Shown piece after piece: positions 36,122 to 44,455 of a DNA stretch of 50,118 bases. Numbering within the stretch: the stretch's first letter is position 1; the number at the start of each line of letters is the position of its first letter. The notes beneath the pieces were generated by a model. That model saw only the letters and a program-made list of their open reading frames with translations, was not told the DNA's origin and did not search any database. The translations under genes were made by a program, and so were the position numbers. The DNA is from an uncultured Pirellulales bacterium (GTDB lineage: Bacteria; Planctomycetota; Planctomycetia; Pirellulales; UBA1268). Location of the stretch: the NCBI GenBank assembly GCA_965662325.1, contig CBFIHW010000002.1:1-50118 (forward strand), written 5' to 3'.

Positions 36122-36489
36122 CCATTTGCTTACTCAAGTCCAAAATTCATCGAGCTGCTGTCACTGGCGCATCAGTTGATTACGAAGGAAGCCTCACTGT
36201 TGACCCCGATTTGGCAGAGCGAGTTGGGCTCAGGGCCTATGAAAAAATATTAGTTGGCAACCTTGAAAATGGTGAGCGGTTCGAGACCTACTGTATCTAT
36301 GGTGACGCTGGCAGCGGAGCCATAGAACTCAATGGAGCAACAGCACACCTTGGCAAAATTGGTGATCGGCTAACCATCATGTCCTACGGCCACTACTCTC
36401 CAGTGGAAGCTGATGACGCAAAGCCTGCTGTGATCTTACTTGATGAAAACAATGCGATTGTTCGTGAGAGCGGAACGGTTCATTGCTGA
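36118..36489 (+). CDS. panD: aspartate 1-decarboxylase (pyruvoyl-dependent)
   Basis: The track ORF opens at 36073. ATG 36118 overlaps the lactonase stop (ATGA) and gives [29 protein letters not shown], with the Gly-Ser self-cleavage site. Confidence 0.93.
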   Translation: [123 protein letters not shown]

Positions 36490-36522
36490 AAAATTGTATG
36501 CCCCGCCAGAAGCTACTCAAAA

Positions 36523-37095
36523 TTAACGAGGAGCCTCCTGTTCTCTGAGAAGAAGTTCGAGGTAGCTTGCTGACTCAGGATTTTCTAAACCAAGTTCGCG
36601 TGCCAAAGACTCGACGCAGTCCCGGGCCAGTGGCACTTCACCCTCTCCGGCAATGATTTCAAATTCAGCAAAACTACCTAAATTGGTAACGGTATCAATG
36701 GCTATCTCAACGTCACTGCCGTGCCAATGAACGCGTCCCGGGAGCCGCGTTTTCACAACTTCGAAAACCTGACCAAAACCGAGCGACTCAAGCAATTCTG
36801 TCCACGCAGCAACTGTTGTTTGTCCCGTTGGTCCTTGAGGCATAACCCCGAGTTCAATTTCCTGTCGAATTTTTGCTGATGTATCAACCCGTGGCCCTTT
36901 CCACGTTAATTCTACGACATCACCGACTTGCCGAAGACGCAACGCCTCATCGGTTTTTTCAAAATTCCGTATCGGATGAGAAAAATATCTATCAACCTGC
37001 TTTATAGGGTCCCGAAGGCACACCGCCATATTATTTAGGCGTTCAAGCAGGCAATCAACGTCTGTCAGATAAAATTTGAGTTCGACTTCGTACAC
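36523..37095 (-). CDS. CYTH-domain protein (class IV adenylate cyclase / triphosphate tunnel metalloenzyme)
   Basis: 190 aa with a GTG start. The N-terminal YEVELKF is the ExExK signature of CYTH/CyaB enzymes, and the size fits. Cyclase versus triphosphatase activity cannot be told from the sequence. Confidence 0.75.
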   Translation of the reverse strand: MYEVELKFYLTDVDCLLERLNNMAVCLRDPIKQVDRYFSHPIRNFEKTDEALRLRQVGDVVELTWKGPRVDTSAKIRQEIELGVMPQGPTGQTTVAAWTELLESLGFGQVFEVVKTRLPGRVHWHGSDVEIAIDTVTNLGSFAEFEIIAGEGEVPLARDCVESLARELGLENPESASYLELLLREQEAPR

Positions 37096-37148
37096 TCGTG
37101 CGACCCTTTGTTTATGATACCGACTCGTAGTCTACACCTTCAGGACCA

Positions 37149-37796
37149 ATGGCTAACCTCATGGGATTCTTACATCACCAGTTGATTCCTCTCGTTTTTG
37201 CTTCCTTCGCAATTATTGGTTGTGGTGTCAGCCAAAATCAAGAAACACGGCAACATGTTGGTAAATCAGTACCAAAGCTTTCACTTGTTTCACTTCAGGC
37301 TGGTGAAGAAACACTCACACTTTCTGGAAAAATCACACTTCTTAATTTCTGGGGAACGTGGTGCCCTCCTTGCCGTCAAGAATTACCAGGACTTGCGAGG
37401 CTTGCCTCACGGCTTGCAGACGAACCACGCTTTCAATTAATTGCTGTTTCATGCGGTGGCGGGAAACGTGATGATCTTGATCAATTACGAATTGAAACAG
37501 AGGCTTTTCTTCAATCAACGAGAATCGCTATTTCCCCCTGGGCAGACCCAACTGGTGATACCCGTCTCCGTTTTACCAAAGCATTTGGTTTTCGTGCATA
37601 TCCAACAACCTATTTGATTGGGACTGACAAGAAGATTCTTGCTATTTGGACCGGCTATTCGCCATCTATGGAGACACAGATTGCACAATCTGTTGCTCGC
37701 TCACTGAAGCAACTTCCTGTGACTAGTTCCCTTTCGTGGCAGAAAGCAACGAACAAATTCGATGAGATTCCTCACCGGGATCTACTGCATCCGTAA
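37149..37796 (+). CDS. TlpA-like thiol:disulfide oxidoreductase lipoprotein
   Basis: 215 aa. Signal peptide with the lipobox FAIIGC. Thioredoxin active site WGTWCPPCRQELP. Confidence 0.85.
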   Translation: MANLMGFLHHQLIPLVFASFAIIGCGVSQNQETRQHVGKSVPKLSLVSLQAGEETLTLSGKITLLNFWGTWCPPCRQELPGLARLASRLADEPRFQLIAVSCGGGKRDDLDQLRIETEAFLQSTRIAISPWADPTGDTRLRFTKAFGFRAYPTTYLIGTDKKILAIWTGYSPSMETQIAQSVARSLKQLPVTSSLSWQKATNKFDEIPHRDLLHP

Positions 37797-38850
37797 TACT
37801 GCTAGCAACGGCAACCCGCTTCACGCCTAAGCGGACAAGCCGGTCAAGGTTGTCCGATGTGATACCACCGATTGCAAAAACTGGCAAACGTATCTCTTCG
37901 GAAACATCACGAAGGAATGAGTCCGTTGCAAACTCTTTAAACTTCTTTGTATTACTTGGATAACACGGACCGACCCCAAGATAGTCCGCACCATCTAGTA
38001 CTGCCTGCTTTGCTTCATCAATAGAATGAGCGGTACGGCCAATAATGAACTCGTGACCACAGACTCTACGGGCGAGATTTACTGGCAAATCTGTTTCACC
38101 AAGGTGGACACCGTCTGCATTTGCAGCCAGTGCTACGTCTGCTCGGTCATTGATAAGAACAATGCATCTTTTTCCTACAGTCGACTCCGCGTACTGTCGG
38201 ACTTGCTGAGTTATTGTTTTCGTTCGCTCACATAGTAATGCCGTGTTGGCTTTTTTATCTCTCAACTGAATCATTTTGACACCGGCAGCTAGGAGTTGGC
38301 TCACCAGTGTTTTGAATTCTGCTTCTGGCTGGTCAACATCAAGAAGCACACACAAACTTACGTCGGCCAGCCTATTCTGGCTTAGAATGATTGTCATCGC
38401 CGCCTTTTCGAGTGTATAGATCCGGTAGCGTAATTGTTCAAACGCAGCTGTAACTGTAGGTACAACCAAGCGACTACATTCCTCCAAACTTCTGATCGAC
38501 TGACTTGCACGAGCCGCATTTGCAGCAAAGACATGTTTCATCTCAGTTCGTGGTGGAGTTTTAGCTATCGTGGTACCGACCCCAACATCTTGTAAGACAT
38601 CACGAAGCCGGATGCGCGTCTGAAGATCTTCTCTCGCAAAAATAATGGCAAGTTCATGCCGAATCGCTTTTGCCTCCTGTGAGAGAAATTCATCATTTAT
38701 ACAAAACCGAAGAATGTCCTCGAGGACACGAACTGCCTCGGCACTCCGGTTCGCCGAAGCATCGAGTGTCCTCCAAATCCCCGCAACTGAGCCACCTTTC
38801 TCAGGCTCGATTTCTTCCATTTCTGAGCTTTCTCCCTTACGACTCGCCAT
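37723..38850 (-). CDS. thiE: thiamine-phosphate synthase, long form with a ~160-aa N-terminal helical domain
   Basis: 375 aa with an ATG start. C-terminal ThiE core (MIQLRDKK, VLINDRADVALAANADGVHLGETDLP, ADYLGVGPCYPSNTKK, PVFAIGGIT). The N-terminal domain (LDASANRSAEAVRVLEDILRF...) resembles the extension of cyanobacterial-type ThiE. Confidence 0.88.
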   Translation of the reverse strand: MASRKGESSEMEEIEPEKGGSVAGIWRTLDASANRSAEAVRVLEDILRFCINDEFLSQEAKAIRHELAIIFAREDLQTRIRLRDVLQDVGVGTTIAKTPPRTEMKHVFAANAARASQSIRSLEECSRLVVPTVTAAFEQLRYRIYTLEKAAMTIILSQNRLADVSLCVLLDVDQPEAEFKTLVSQLLAAGVKMIQLRDKKANTALLCERTKTITQQVRQYAESTVGKRCIVLINDRADVALAANADGVHLGETDLPVNLARRVCGHEFIIGRTAHSIDEAKQAVLDGADYLGVGPCYPSNTKKFKEFATDSFLRDVSEEIRLPVFAIGGITSDNLDRLVRLGVKRVAVASSITDAVDPGEESHRICSLLSATKGN

Positions 38851-38856
38851 TGGTTT

Positions 38857-38879
38857 GAGTCTACCCGATCCCTAGACTC
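38857..38879. repeat. 7-bp inverted repeat (gagtcta - 9 nt - tagactc) in the divergent thiE / TPR-gene spacer
   Basis: Read directly from the sequence. Lies 7 nt upstream of the thiE start on the minus strand. Confidence 0.4.
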
Positions 38880-38926
38880 TCTTTGGTCATATTGTCAGAT
38901 CAGGAAATTTCAAAGGCCAGTCATTC

Positions 38927-39523
38927 ATGTCATTTATCCGCTCACTAACGCTCATTTGGCCTGGCTTACCCTGGGCCTGGCTTCGCGGAAGCTGGGCTGG
39001 TCTTATTCTAGCCACGGCTTTCGCAATTTGTCTGAATCTCTGCATCATCACTGCATGGATTTGGACAAGCTTTATTGATCTTGAGATGAGTTTTGGCATT
39101 TGGACTGTGACGGCAATTATTTGGATCGTGTCAACGGTTTCGGCAGTGTCTAGTTTCCCACAACCTCTTGTCAGCTATCGAGACGAGGTCACAGACAATT
39201 TGTTTATTGATGCACGAGATGCCTATCTTGCCGGAGATTGGCTCAAGGCAGAAACAAAGCTTCAGACGATCCTCACTCTTTCGCCAACTGATGGCGAGGC
39301 ACAACTACTCTTTGGCACACTCCTGCGAAGAGTCGGCCGGTTTAAAGAGGCGAAAAAATCACTCGAAATACTTGCTCGGAGTGATAGCGGGCAGCCGTGG
39401 CAGCACGCGATTCATCACGAACTCTCACTGATTAAACGGGATTTTCGCGAGAATTCAGAAAAAATAGAGCCAAATGCGGGCGGTGGCTCAAATGTGGTCC
39501 CGCACCACCGCAAAGCAGCATGA
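38927..39523 (+). CDS. membrane-anchored TPR-repeat protein
   Basis: 198 aa. Two to three N-terminal hydrophobic helices, then a TPR-like segment ARDAYLAGDWLKAETKLQTILTLSPTDGEAQLLFGTLLRRVGRFKEAKKSLEIL. Confidence 0.65.
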   Translation: MSFIRSLTLIWPGLPWAWLRGSWAGLILATAFAICLNLCIITAWIWTSFIDLEMSFGIWTVTAIIWIVSTVSAVSSFPQPLVSYRDEVTDNLFIDARDAYLAGDWLKAETKLQTILTLSPTDGEAQLLFGTLLRRVGRFKEAKKSLEILARSDSGQPWQHAIHHELSLIKRDFRENSEKIEPNAGGGSNVVPHHRKAA

Positions 39524-39869
39524 CCCTCACTCAAACCGTTTGAATGTCACGAACGTAGTAATCTCAAGAGACAAGGATGCTTTGGCGGGCAACCAGATGC
39601 CACTCATTGGTTAAATTTTGACAGCCCATGAGCTATTTCAGTCCGAAACCCCCGCGAAACGTGGAGGTGCAGGAGACAGTAACGCGAGCTATCCCTACAA
39701 TACCCTTGTGAGAAATGCTAAGGGATGCGGTCGGGTAAATCATTTTATCTTCGGTTGGCGTGAACTTTGCATTGTAGTGTAGATGATTGAATTTGGGTTC
39801 TACATCTGCCGGAATGGCAGGGCACTCGTTAGGTTTACAACGGGTTGAGCAGTCACAAGAGGAAGTTTT

Positions 39870-42410
39870 ATGTACGAGCGTTTTACAGACCGTGCCCGTA
39901 AGGTGATGCAACTGGCGAATCAGGAAGCCCAGCGGTTTAATCACGAATATATTGGAACCGAACACGTCCTGCTCGGTTTAATTAAAGAAGGTAGTGGCGT
40001 TGCCGCCAACGTTTTAAAAAACCTTGACGTCGATCTTCGAAAGATTCGTCTGGAAGTTGAAAAGCTCGTACAGAGTGGCCCTGACATGGTTACGATGGGC
40101 AAGTTGCCTCAGACACCCCGTGCCAAAAAAGTCATTGAATATTCAATGGAAGAGGCACGGAACCTGAACCATAACTATGTTGGAACTGAACATATTTTGC
40201 TCGGACTACTCCGCGAACAAGAAGGTGTTGCTGCTCAGGTTCTTATGAATCTTGGGTTGAAACTTGAAGATGTTCGTGAAGAAGTGCTAAATCTTCTTGG
40301 ACATGGTATGGATGAGGGAGGCGACCGGTCGGGTATGGGTGGCCGCCAGATGGCTGGCGCTGGTGGTGGAGGCAGTGACACTCCAACAAAAAGTGGCAAG
40401 AGCAAAACCCCTGCGTTGGATTCATTTGGACGTGACCTTACCGAATTAGCAAAACAAGGGAAACTCGATCCTGTTATTGGCCGGGAGCATGAGATCGAAC
40501 GAGCCATTCAAATTCTCTGTCGACGAACAAAAAACAATCCCGTGCTTATAGGTGAGGCTGGTGTTGGAAAAACTGCCATCGTAGAAGGGTTTGCGCAAAG
40601 GGTTATTGAAGGAAATATTCCTGAACTCCTCGCCGAACGAAGAATTGTAGTTCTTGACTTGGCGATGATGGTCGCTGGCACAAAATACCGTGGCCAGTTT
40701 GAAGAACGAATTAAGGCCGTCATGAATGAAGTCAGACGTGCTAAAAACACCATTCTTTTTATTGACGAGCTCCATACACTTGTTGGGGCTGGTGGAGCAG
40801 AGGGTGCTATTGACGCCTCAAATGTTCTTAAGCCTGCGCTTGCTCGTGGTGAAATCCAGTGCATTGGAGCAACCACACTAGATGAATATCGCAAGTACAT
40901 TGAAAAGGATTCAGCACTCGACAGACGTTTCCAACTTGTCATGGTCGAGCCTGCGTCGAAAAAAGAAGCTATCGAAATTCTAAAGGGCCTCCGAGATCGC
41001 TACGAAAGTCACCATAGGGTATCGATTACTGATGACGCGCTCGAAGCATCAGTAGAACTCTCCAGTCGCTACATCACAGGCCGTGCACTTCCCGATAAAG
41101 CGATTGATGTTATTGATGAGGCAGGGGCACGAGTACGTCTGAAGGCAATGACGCGTCCGCCAGACCTCAAAGAAATTGATGCAGAAGTTGATCGCCTGAA
41201 CAAGGAAAAAGAGGAAGCGGTTGCCAACCAAGACTTTGAAAAAGCAGCAGCACTCCGCGATCAGGCTGATAAATTAAAGAAGAAAAAACAGCAAATGACC
41301 AAGGAGTGGCGAGAAAAATCTCGTGAGGCTGATGGTGTTGTTGATGAAGAGGTTGTTGCCGAGGTTGTTTCGAAGATGACTGGCATTCCATTGACAAGAA
41401 TGTCGACAGAAGACAGCCAGCGGTTAATGGAGATGGAAGATTCACTCCACAAGCGTGTGATCGGTCAAGATGCGGCAATAAAAAGCATTTCCAAGGCCGT
41501 TCGTCGAAGTCGATCAGGCCTTAAGGATCCAAAACGCCCAATTGGTTGTTTCGTTTTGGCAGGCCCAACAGGTGTTGGGAAAACGCTCTTAGCAAAAGCA
41601 CTCGCCGAATTCATGTTCGGGGACGACGACGCGCTCATATCAATTGACATGAGTGAGTATATGGAAAAGCACAATGTAAGTCGTCTCGTTGGTGCGCCTC
41701 CTGGATATGTTGGATTCGAAGAGGGTGGTCAGCTCACCGAAAAAATCCGGCGGCGTCCCTATGCGGTTGTTCTTCTTGATGAAATTGAAAAAGCTCACCC
41801 AGATGTCTTCAACATGCTGCTTCAGGTGATGGAAGAAGGCCGACTCACAGACTCCTTTGGAAGAAATGTTGATTTCCGGAATACAATTCTCATCATGACG
41901 ACCAATGCAGGGGCTGAGGCAATAAAAAATGAATCTGCGTTTGGATTCCAGAAGCCCGAGGATGACAGTGGATATGAAAGCATGAAAGCCCGAGTCAATG
42001 AAAGGATTGAAAAGGTTTTCCGTCCAGAGTTTATTAACCGCCTAGACGATCTCATCGTCTTTCATCATCTTACCGTTGAAAACCTCAAAGAGGTTATCGA
42101 CATTGAACTCGCAAAAGTACGAGAACGACTGCTCGAACGTGGTCTTAAGCTCGAACTGACTGACGAATCGAAGCAGTTTCTTATTAAGAAAGGGTCCGAT
42201 ACCGATTTCGGAGCTCGGCCTCTTCGGCGTGCACTAGAAAACTACATTGAAGATCCTGTTTCTGAGGAACTTCTAAAAGGTGAATTTGAAGGGAAAGACA
42301 CCATTCAAGTGGACTGCAAAGAAGTGGCCGGAAAGAAACAACTCGTCTTTCATGGGATTGTGACAGCTGAACCGGTAGCCGCAGGATCTTCAGACGAATC
42401 TACCAATTGA
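39870..42410 (+). CDS. clpC: ATP-dependent Clp protease ATP-binding subunit ClpC (class I AAA+)
   Basis: 846 aa. GAGGA at 39859-39863, 6 nt before the ATG. Clp-N repeats, two Walker A sites (GEAGVGKTAIVEG, GPTGVGKTLLAKA) and a UVR-like linker NQDFEKAAALRDQ. A Gly-rich insertion (GGRQMAGAGGGGSD) follows the N-domain. Confidence 0.93.
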   Translation: MYERFTDRARKVMQLANQEAQRFNHEYIGTEHVLLGLIKEGSGVAANVLKNLDVDLRKIRLEVEKLVQSGPDMVTMGKLPQTPRAKKVIEYSMEEARNLNHNYVGTEHILLGLLREQEGVAAQVLMNLGLKLEDVREEVLNLLGHGMDEGGDRSGMGGRQMAGAGGGGSDTPTKSGKSKTPALDSFGRDLTELAKQGKLDPVIGREHEIERAIQILCRRTKNNPVLIGEAGVGKTAIVEGFAQRVIEGNIPELLAERRIVVLDLAMMVAGTKYRGQFEERIKAVMNEVRRAKNTILFIDELHTLVGAGGAEGAIDASNVLKPALARGEIQCIGATTLDEYRKYIEKDSALDRRFQLVMVEPASKKEAIEILKGLRDRYESHHRVSITDDALEASVELSSRYITGRALPDKAIDVIDEAGARVRLKAMTRPPDLKEIDAEVDRLNKEKEEAVANQDFEKAAALRDQADKLKKKKQQMTKEWREKSREADGVVDEEVVAEVVSKMTGIPLTRMSTEDSQRLMEMEDSLHKRVIGQDAAIKSISKAVRRSRSGLKDPKRPIGCFVLAGPTGVGKTLLAKALAEFMFGDDDALISIDMSEYMEKHNVSRLVGAPPGYVGFEEGGQLTEKIRRRPYAVVLLDEIEKAHPDVFNMLLQVMEEGRLTDSFGRNVDFRNTILIMTTNAGAEAIKNESAFGFQKPEDDSGYESMKARVNERIEKVFRPEFINRLDDLIVFHHLTVENLKEVIDIELAKVRERLLERGLKLELTDESKQFLIKKGSDTDFGARPLRRALENYIEDPVSEELLKGEFEGKDTIQVDCKEVAGKKQLVFHGIVTAEPVAAGSSDESTN

Positions 42411-42656
42411 GCGAAAGAGCACAGGGGATTGCTGGGAGCGTCCTGAAATGGGCAACACTGTGTAATTTTCCATAGGTGCAGTGCACCCCTGACGCCGTGG
42501 TCTCTCGGAAAGCTTTTTTCAGGCACCCTGCGTCCTTTGAAATCTTCCAAAAGCCCGCAGATCCCGCAACCTTCCCCTAAACGACTCAAGGCACCAGTTC
42601 CTTCTAGCCGATCTAATCGGCAAGGAGCGCTACCACTGCGGTGAAGGTCCGTCTTT

Positions 42657-43529
42657 ATGAACTCACTTGCCACCACTCAACCTGAACCAGCCGCTGACAA
42701 TGTCACCGGCTGGTTTGCCAATAGAGTCGCTGATGTCGGTGATATGGCGGTCACAATGGTTGCTGGCATCGGCGATGTAACTCTTTTTGCCTTACGAACC
42801 ATTGGGTGGTTATTTGCACGGCGTCAACGACGAGATGTGCTCATGCCAAGCTTCTATCAGATTGGCGTTTTATCACTCCCGGTAATCGCACTCACGGGCC
42901 TTTTCATTGGAATGGTCTTGGCCGTACAGAGCTATGCTCAATTCAAAGCGCTTGGTCTGCAAACACGACTTGGTTCTGTAATCAACCTTTCACTCATTCG
43001 TGAACTCGGGCCAGTACTCGCAGCAACGATGTTGGCCGGGCGGGTCGGAAGTGCCATGGCTGCAGAACTGGGCACGATGCGAGTTACAGAACAAATTGAT
43101 GCCCTTGAAAGTATGGGAGCGAATCCAATTTATTATCTCGTTGTACCTCGCTTTCTTGGCTGTCTTGTACTCATTCCGGCACTTACGATCATGGCTGATT
43201 TCATGGGGGTGCTGGGGGGTTATGTCTATTCACACGGCATTCTTGGTATTGATTACCACCATTATTGGGCAAATTCCCGTGCCTATATCGATTCCTTTGA
43301 TTTTTTTATGGGAATTTTTAAAAGCTTCTTTTTTGGTGCCGCGATTGCTTTAGTCAGCTGTCACCATGGCTTTCATTGTGACCACGGTGCACAGGGAGTT
43401 GGCCGAGCTGCAACAAATGCATTTGTGCACTCATTTGTTCTGATTCTTGTACTTGATCTTTTCCTAGGCATCGGCCTGAACAATGTACAGGACTACTTAC
43501 GGCCTGAGGGTCCGCGCAGCCTCCTTTAA
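42657..43529 (+). CDS. mlaE: MlaE-family ABC transporter permease
   Basis: 290 aa. Conserved stretch [49 protein letters not shown]. Confidence 0.88.
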   Translation: MNSLATTQPEPAADNVTGWFANRVADVGDMAVTMVAGIGDVTLFALRTIGWLFARRQRRDVLMPSFYQIGVLSLPVIALTGLFIGMVLAVQSYAQFKALGLQTRLGSVINLSLIRELGPVLAATMLAGRVGSAMAAELGTMRVTEQIDALESMGANPIYYLVVPRFLGCLVLIPALTIMADFMGVLGGYVYSHGILGIDYHHYWANSRAYIDSFDFFMGIFKSFFFGAAIALVSCHHGFHCDHGAQGVGRAATNAFVHSFVLILVLDLFLGIGLNNVQDYLRPEGPRSLL

Positions 43530-43558
43530 CCAACAAATAGATTATAAAAAGCTATACG

Positions 43559-44455
43559 ATGATCACCCCCACTGTCGAAGCACCAAAACGAGAGGCGACA
43601 ACTGCAGGACCACTGCTTTTTATTGATTCGCTTTCTGTAACTTTTGGTGAGCAGCAGGTCTTGTGTAACATTTCACTCAAAATCACTTCTGGTGAAACTC
43701 TTGTCATTCTTGGCGAGAGCGGATGTGGAAAAACTGTCCTCTTAAAAACAATGATTGGGCTTATTCATCCAACGACAGGAGATGTACGCTTTGAGGACAC
43801 CTCGTTGGCTTCGATGGAAGAACGTCAACTTGCCCATCTCCGAACACGTTACGGATTTGTCTTTCAGGGTGCCGCTCTTTTTGACAGTGCGACGATTGCT
43901 GAGAATATTGCATTTCCTTTACGTGAACATACTCAACTCGACGAAAAGGAAATAGCAAAAATTGTTGCCGAACTTGTAGCAGAGGTCGGTTTACCACGTT
44001 CAGTCCTCACAAAAAAACCAGTTGAATTATCTGGTGGCATGAGAAAGCGTGCCGGCCTCGCACGAGCGCTTGCACTTGACCCACAGCTCGTACTCTATGA
44101 CGAGCCTACGACAGGTCTCGACCCAATCATGAGTGATGTCATCAATGAACTTATTCTACGGGTCCATCAAAGACCAGAAACAACCAATGTGGTAGTCACG
44201 CACGACATGACAACTGCTCATAAAGTGGCCGACAGAATCATCATGCTCTATCCACTTTCTCGACTCAAAAAAGGCGAATCACAAATAATCTTTACTGGCA
44301 CGCCAGAAGAACTTGACGGCTCAACGGATCCTCGAGTTCGACAATTCATTGAAGGAAAAGCCGGACAGCGTCTCAATGAACTCCGGAAAGAGCAGGACCA
44401 GAAAGACTGCACGCCATCCTCTGGGACTAACGATCAGGAGAACAATTATGAGTGA
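43559..44455 (+). CDS. mlaF: MlaF-family ABC transporter ATP-binding protein
   Basis: 298 aa. Walker A GESGCGKT, signature LSGGMRKRAGLARAL, Walker B LVLYDEPTTGLD. Polar C-terminal tail. Confidence 0.9.
   Translation: MITPTVEAPKREATTAGPLLFIDSLSVTFGEQQVLCNISLKITSGETLVILGESGCGKTVLLKTMIGLIHPTTGDVRFEDTSLASMEERQLAHLRTRYGFVFQGAALFDSATIAENIAFPLREHTQLDEKEIAKIVAELVAEVGLPRSVLTKKPVELSGGMRKRAGLARALALDPQLVLYDEPTTGLDPIMSDVINELILRVHQRPETTNVVVTHDMTTAHKVADRIIMLYPLSRLKKGESQIIFTGTPEELDGSTDPRVRQFIEGKAGQRLNELRKEQDQKDCTPSSGTNDQENNYE

Noticed and set aside
38851-39000. Possible TPP (THI-box) riboswitch upstream of thiE. The minus-strand sequence ggcctttgaaatttcctgatctgacaatatgacc resembles the conserved ACCC..CCUGAUCUGGAUAAUGCCAGCG segment.
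   Set aside because: Only the CCUGAUCUG core matches. The CUGG/CCAG helix that should follow cannot form (ctgac...gacca). No CUGAGA element is present upstream. The spacer is only 76 nt, so the rest would have to lie inside the divergent TPR gene. A covariance-model scan would settle it.
42350-42676. 108-aa minus-strand ORF spanning the clpC-mlaE spacer.
   Set aside because: It overlaps the 3' end of clpC and the 5' end of mlaE. It has no recognisable motif or plausible start context, so it is most likely a chance frame in a GC-richer spacer.
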